DNA of 64,000 nt from Glycera tridactyla (taxonomy: Eukaryota): NCBI GenBank assembly GCA_965644265.1, contig OZ286461.1, positions 97,030,001 to 97,094,000 on the forward strand. Reading direction: 5' to 3'. Made by a program: the position numbers and the translations under genes. Below are positions 58,560 through 64,000 of this stretch, in pieces. The notes beneath the pieces are model-generated. The model was not told the origin of the DNA. It made no database searches and worked only from the letters and a program-made list of their open reading frames with translations. Within the stretch, counting starts at the first letter, position 1; each line of letters starts with the position of its first letter.

Positions 58560-61500
58560 GGCATTTGAGGTGGTCTCCTAAGAGAGGTTTTACTGTAGTA
58601 TGATTTGTGGTTCAGGTATGCCCAATATACACACAATTTGCTCACAGAAAAATTCCACAACAGATTAGTATAAAAATCTCATTTATTTCCACAAAGTTCT
58701 AGTAGGTCATGACAGAAAATGACCTTCTAAATAAAATATTGTACATGTATCTACAAGAAAACACATCCTGTACCCCTGTATCATGTAACTGTGTGAAATC
58801 TGGGCATACCCAGTCGAACATCCCCAACGTAAAATCCCGCCCCATTATAATGTGCACATTAAAACAACGGACAAAAGCTTTATATAACCCGCCATTTCCC
58901 GGATGTCACTTTCTGGAATCTGTCATTCAATGAGCTATGAACCAGGCTAAGGTATAATTTGTTGAGATCACCAATGAATATGCAATGGGCACAAACTGAA
59001 AACACACCACAGAGATAGCGTCACAGACATCATCTCTGATTTAGGAGATTCAACTCACAATATTGAACACCCCTGCATTTGCTAAAAGAAAAGACAAGAG
59101 TCACTGAACAATGTATCTTCCCACTCATCAAGATTGAACATTTTCAAGACCCAACTGTGCAAACCTCTGCAAGTTCAATACACTCAATGCCAATACACAC
59201 AAAAAATTGAAGAGAGCGCAGTCTTTGAATTCACACTTGGACCAATAGATGAGCCTGTACAGATTCTTTTCATCTCCACAGGATGAACCCAAGCAGTTTA
59301 TTCTCACTGATGATGATGATGATGAACCTTTGCTACCATTGCTACGGTGGCATTTTGAATCGAAGAGTAATGATGGCAGTTTGCAGTGTCTTCAAATTAG
59401 AAAAATCCAGATTTCAGGGAATAATCTCACACATAATATACAGAATCAAGAGACAGTACCAATCACTCAAGGGTTGTGTTCATTTGCTCTTGTTTATATT
59501 GGATCAGACGAGAAAATTATCTTGATTCACTGTCAATGAATTGTGGAGACGCAACTCTAATTATGGGAGAAGAGGATACAGACACATCCTCCATTTCACA
59601 CCTGAAACTTGGCAGTGTGAAATGGAGAATGTTGTGAACAAACCCCATATTTTCAATGTGTGACAGATCAACTAGTTTGTGACAGAAAATATAAATAATT
59701 ATCCAATGTACATTGCAAGGTATATAGCGAAAGAAAGACAAGATAAACAAGTCATGAGTTTCATTGAGGTCCACTTCATTGAACGACACACTTGCACTTA
59801 CTTTCACTAGAGAGCCTGAGTCAACTTAATACAAAGTACAATATGTGTGCAACAAGGTTGAAATTGAGTACAGCTTGTGAAGTTGGTATGATTTCAGTGG
59901 AAAATCCGAAGATTTCAGTAGAAAATCCAAAGAACTGGATTCAACCACACAAACTTCAAGTGAACTGAAGTGGAGTTCAGAATGACTGCACTAAGGAAAT
60001 ATCTGACCAAAGTTGACTCGCTCACTTTAGTGTGATTACACTGACCTCTTAACCACAGTGGAACCTGTGATGAATACCTGAATATCACTAAATGCAATCT
60101 CCCTAGAGGTGGTGTGTCATGTGTGTCATTCAACAACCTAAAATTAAAGAGCTGCCTTGTCAAATCATGAATCAATGTCATATTTGTTAACTCAGGCGAT
60201 GATACTGCATGAGGCAATTACAGATTTGAAATGAGGACTGCAATATCTCCCTTCAAAGTGACTGTAAACGTGAGACTATTTTATTCTTGCAGCTGCCTCT
60301 GATTCAGAATGAAGTGCATGACACCGCATTCAAGTTTTAACCCATTCATCTGACATGTCAATTCTCCCGAAGCCACAACGGCACATCAATTTCATACCTA
60401 CAATCTTTTGGCTGAACAGATTATTTGAGCGAATAATCCAAGATGTCTAAATATATGACTTTTGAACAAAACCCTTTGCAGTGTTTCCAGTCAAAACATC
60501 TGATTCATCAATACAAACAACGGTTCAAACTGACCAACACCATTCTCCTAGTTCCCATTCCTAACACTGCACACATTTTAAGCAAACTCATTTTCTCATG
60601 AAAAGCCTGAGGGCTCTCAGACACACCTACCATTCAAACACCCTCCAGCAGTCCAATGTGATCCATAATAACTGAGTATTTTTATGCAACCATAAATTCT
60701 CCCAAAGCAATCAGTCTTGAATATTGTGAGTGTCAAGTATCACCCACAACACTTTTTATCAGGATCAATTACAATGATGTATTCTTGGGCCCAAACTGAA
60801 AAATCACAGCTGCCGATCTAATATTGATTTTGAAATCACTTCAAACAGCAAAGCAGCTGGTGATTTTGACTGCCAACAGGCACGATAAATTTCTGATTTA
60901 GAAATTGTTTCTAACAAGTAATTTCATCTCGGACATTCCATGCAACCACTTATGCCAACCACACATGTCTTGACTTCAGACAGATAGACAGACAGGGGTT
61001 TATTTTCTTCATAATCATTTCATTAAATCATGTGATCAGATGAATGTTTCATATCTTGCACAAGCCAGCGTAAACAATACCATGTGTTAATCATCTGACA
61101 ATGCTAGGTACACCATTTTGCATTTACACACCCACTGTTGTACATTCACACCTGAAAACTAAACTTTCGATACAAAAATGCCGAACATCTTATTTTTTCC
61201 ATATAAATTTTCAAAATTTTGGTGACTAGATTCTCTTCATAATTTCATTACTTATCAGAATAAGTTCGTACAAACTGAATGGTCCTTATGTTCCTCAGAA
61301 AGAAGCCACCGGGAGAGTGTGAATCAACAAATCATACCAATGTGATCTGAGATGAACAACCATTTTTTTTGAGAATGATGGTGATTTTCCATTAGTTTCA
61401 CTCTTGATAACACATCAATCGCGGTGTCGATATATACACTCTACACGGTAGGAAATAGACTAATGAAGAAAAGAAACATGTTATGTTTGACCTGAGAAAT

Positions 61501-62659
61501 CGAGTCAAATAAAAATTGCTTATCAATCAAATTGTGCACAGACCTGAGATTTAGAAATTGTACCAATATAAAATACTACTGCTGATGTTCCCGAGAAAAA
61601 TTAAAACTCGCATCATACTCCAGTGGGATAAGTTGTGGGAATTCAATATCACTACCTCATCTTTGAAATGAATCGGACTCAGTGATCAAATCTAAACACA
61701 TTAATAATGACCCATCAATCAGATTGTGAGCGTCACTCGGCAGGTGGTGTTTTACAAATTTTTGATTGCCAGAACTTGCTAGTCCTTAAGAATTTCCAAA
61801 TTGGCAGTGCAATCTTTGCCTGTATTAGTGAGGGCACCAGTGCTGGAATCAACATGCTCTAGGGTGGCCTGGGTCTGTTATGATACAATCCCACCCCTAA
61901 ACATCGACTCCAATTGCAGATGCCATTCCTAGAACTTCAACAAGGCATAACCCAATACCAAACAAATCTCATAGTTCAAGCTAGGGATGACATGCATGGT
62001 TCAACCTGCTTCGCTATCATATGCTGCCTCTTGACCTTTAAATTTTGTCTCATTTATGAGTGGTTGATGAATGGCGAGCCGCAGATGCAATTATGCTCAT
62101 TGCAAACTTATTATTATTCAGATATGAACAAATACAAGACGTCATCATCCATCCAACTAGTCAGTTTAGCCTTGGCAACGCTTCAATCGAGGAGAATGTG
62201 GCAAACCTGAACACGGTAAAACAGTCAATCGCAGTTGAACAAGACAAACTGATTGGCTGGCTGGGTGAAAAATTCTCTTTGTCCATTCCTGGAATTCCAA
62301 TTTTGCAGCTGCTCCCATGTTTCATGAATACAGGCAATAGATGACGTATCCTCGGGGGTATCCTGCCACCAGAAGGCATTACGAACAAGGCTTATATATA
62401 TATAGGGGGATGTATACCCTGGACACAGTTCATTACACATTCCCCGTCTCAGGACAAGCCATGCGCTTAAAATGCTCCTGTCAACGTAATTGTGACGCTA
62501 TCAATCAGTATCCATCTGAAAACAGAAATATCCCAAATTAGTTCAGCAGGTAGAATACAAGTATATTTCATGGCAAACCAATGGGATGTACAAGTCAAAT
62601 TGGTGGTTTGCTAGTTCAATGTGTTTCAGTGTACGGGATTATGAAAAGTTGCATCCTGG

Positions 62660-63050
62660 ATTTCTAAATTCTCTGAAATGAATCTGCCAGTGCACACCTA
62701 CACTTCAAGACATTTCAGAAAAACTTTATTTCGGTGTAGCGATTGTGGAGACATGACTTCCTCCAAGTGTGGATGGGAGTGCCTAGCATTCAGACATTTC
62801 AGCTGCCCGTGGGCAGCCCATAATATGGCAGAAGCCAGAATAAATGGGCCAGTGCACACCTTCACATAAAGGCGCTTCAGGAAAAATTTATTTCGTGTGA
62901 ATCGGTGCAGGGGTTGCAGAGATACTGGTTCCACAAAGTTGGCGTGCACAGATGGACGGACGGACAAGGGACAGACGCACACACGCACGCACGGACAGAC
63001 AGACGCAGACTATTTTATAGTCCCCCTTTCGGTGTTCCGGCGGGGGACAA
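62660..63050. mobile_element. HINE-like repeat
   Basis: (GGAC)n/(GCAC)n core followed by the stem-loop GTCCCC...GGGGAC. Confidence 0.6.
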
Positions 63051-64000
63051 TGAAACATCTGCCCAGCAAGTGGCCTCACATCAAAGACATGTCTATCATC
63101 AAAATAATTGAATGCAATTGAGCACCGACTTCCCATGAAAAGAAAGATCGCAAATTAAGTAATGATTTCCTAATGCACACATCATAAAACATAAATCATC
63201 CAGAGTATTGATATACATGAATGGCATAATTCTGGCCCAAAAAAAGTACCATGAGAACACATGCAAAATCATTTATTGGGTCTCTTGAAATGCTTGAAAC
63301 AGGAAAAATCTGTCGAGGAATGTTATGAATCCTCTGACCAAGTAATAGTGATGGGCAAATGATCCATCATGATATTCAATGGTTGATTGAAGCAGAGCGG
63401 ATGATAAGTCACCGAATATAAATAGTCAAATCTGCCAAAGAGGAGACCTGCGGATCCATGTGTAAATGCCATTTGTAGAAAGGATATCTTCATATCAATG
63501 TAATCCTTCCAATTTGACAATGGAATTGAACCAGTCATCCGACAGGCTTGTAGGAGTATTCCCTCCTCTTCCTTAAGATGCAACCTTGGCAAGAAGTTTA
63601 TATCTGATTAAATTCCCATTATCAAGAACAGCAGGAAGCAATGTTTCAGGTTAACCGGGCTTTTACCCCATTTATACAAATGTCAAAATAAATGGCATTG
63701 CTCCTGTGGATTGATGTTCACAAAAATATACGTTGTACTAAAAGATGTTATAAGCGTGATCAGTATTACATGTTGAATCCCATCGTTCACCAAGCTCTAA
63801 TGAAATCATAAATCTATAAAGTCATCTCATTGTTCACACAGGGAACTCAAATGTTGGTTCAAAAGTATAAGAGACACAGAAATAGAGTTGTAGATACATA
63901 TTTTAATTTGTATAAGTTCTCATAAATATATGTAAATGGCAGATCATAGATCGAAAGAGATAATATCGAATATCACAGTATCAAATAGACAATAGTCAAT

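Noticed and set aside
59249-59539. ORF with a poly-Asp run
   Set aside because: It is explained by a (GAT)n microsatellite, with no homology recognised.
61914-62440. Overlapping 70-98-aa ORFs
   Set aside because: No recognisable domain or consistent splice sites.

Overview
This is AT-rich animal genomic DNA, probably from a lophotrochozoan or mollusc (an inference from the repeat types), with two assembly gaps (6626-7152 and 8432-8564). I can support three spliced host genes. (1) A minus-strand Lys/His/Ser + Pro/Gly/Tyr-rich gene of unknown family with an 18-nt micro-exon. (2) A plus-strand FAM241 (C10orf35/DUF4605-like) gene, head-to-head with the first across a CCAAT-containing CpG-rich promoter near 9.8 kb. 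(3) A plus-strand DPY30-domain gene (DYDC1/2-like) at 49.2-52.0 kb. The 15-46 kb interval is a nest of transposable elements. It holds a complete hAT transposon (15-bp TIRs, 5-bp TSD) whose otherwise intact 738-aa two-exon transposase is split by a young 5'-truncated RNase-H LINE. It also holds a decayed tyrosine-recombinase (DIRS/Ngaro-like) retrotransposon that appears to have split direct repeats, three more copies of the LINE, a second hAT relic and a CR1/L2 tail. Scattered through the window are about 10 copies of a ~170-bp SINE lacking Pol III boxes, a ~0.8-1 kb non-coding retroposon, TA-TSD MITEs, hAT-type MITEs with 5/6/8-bp TSDs and HINE-like repeats. No CRISPR array, rRNA or convincing tRNA gene was found. 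All alignments were done by eye and no database searches were run.
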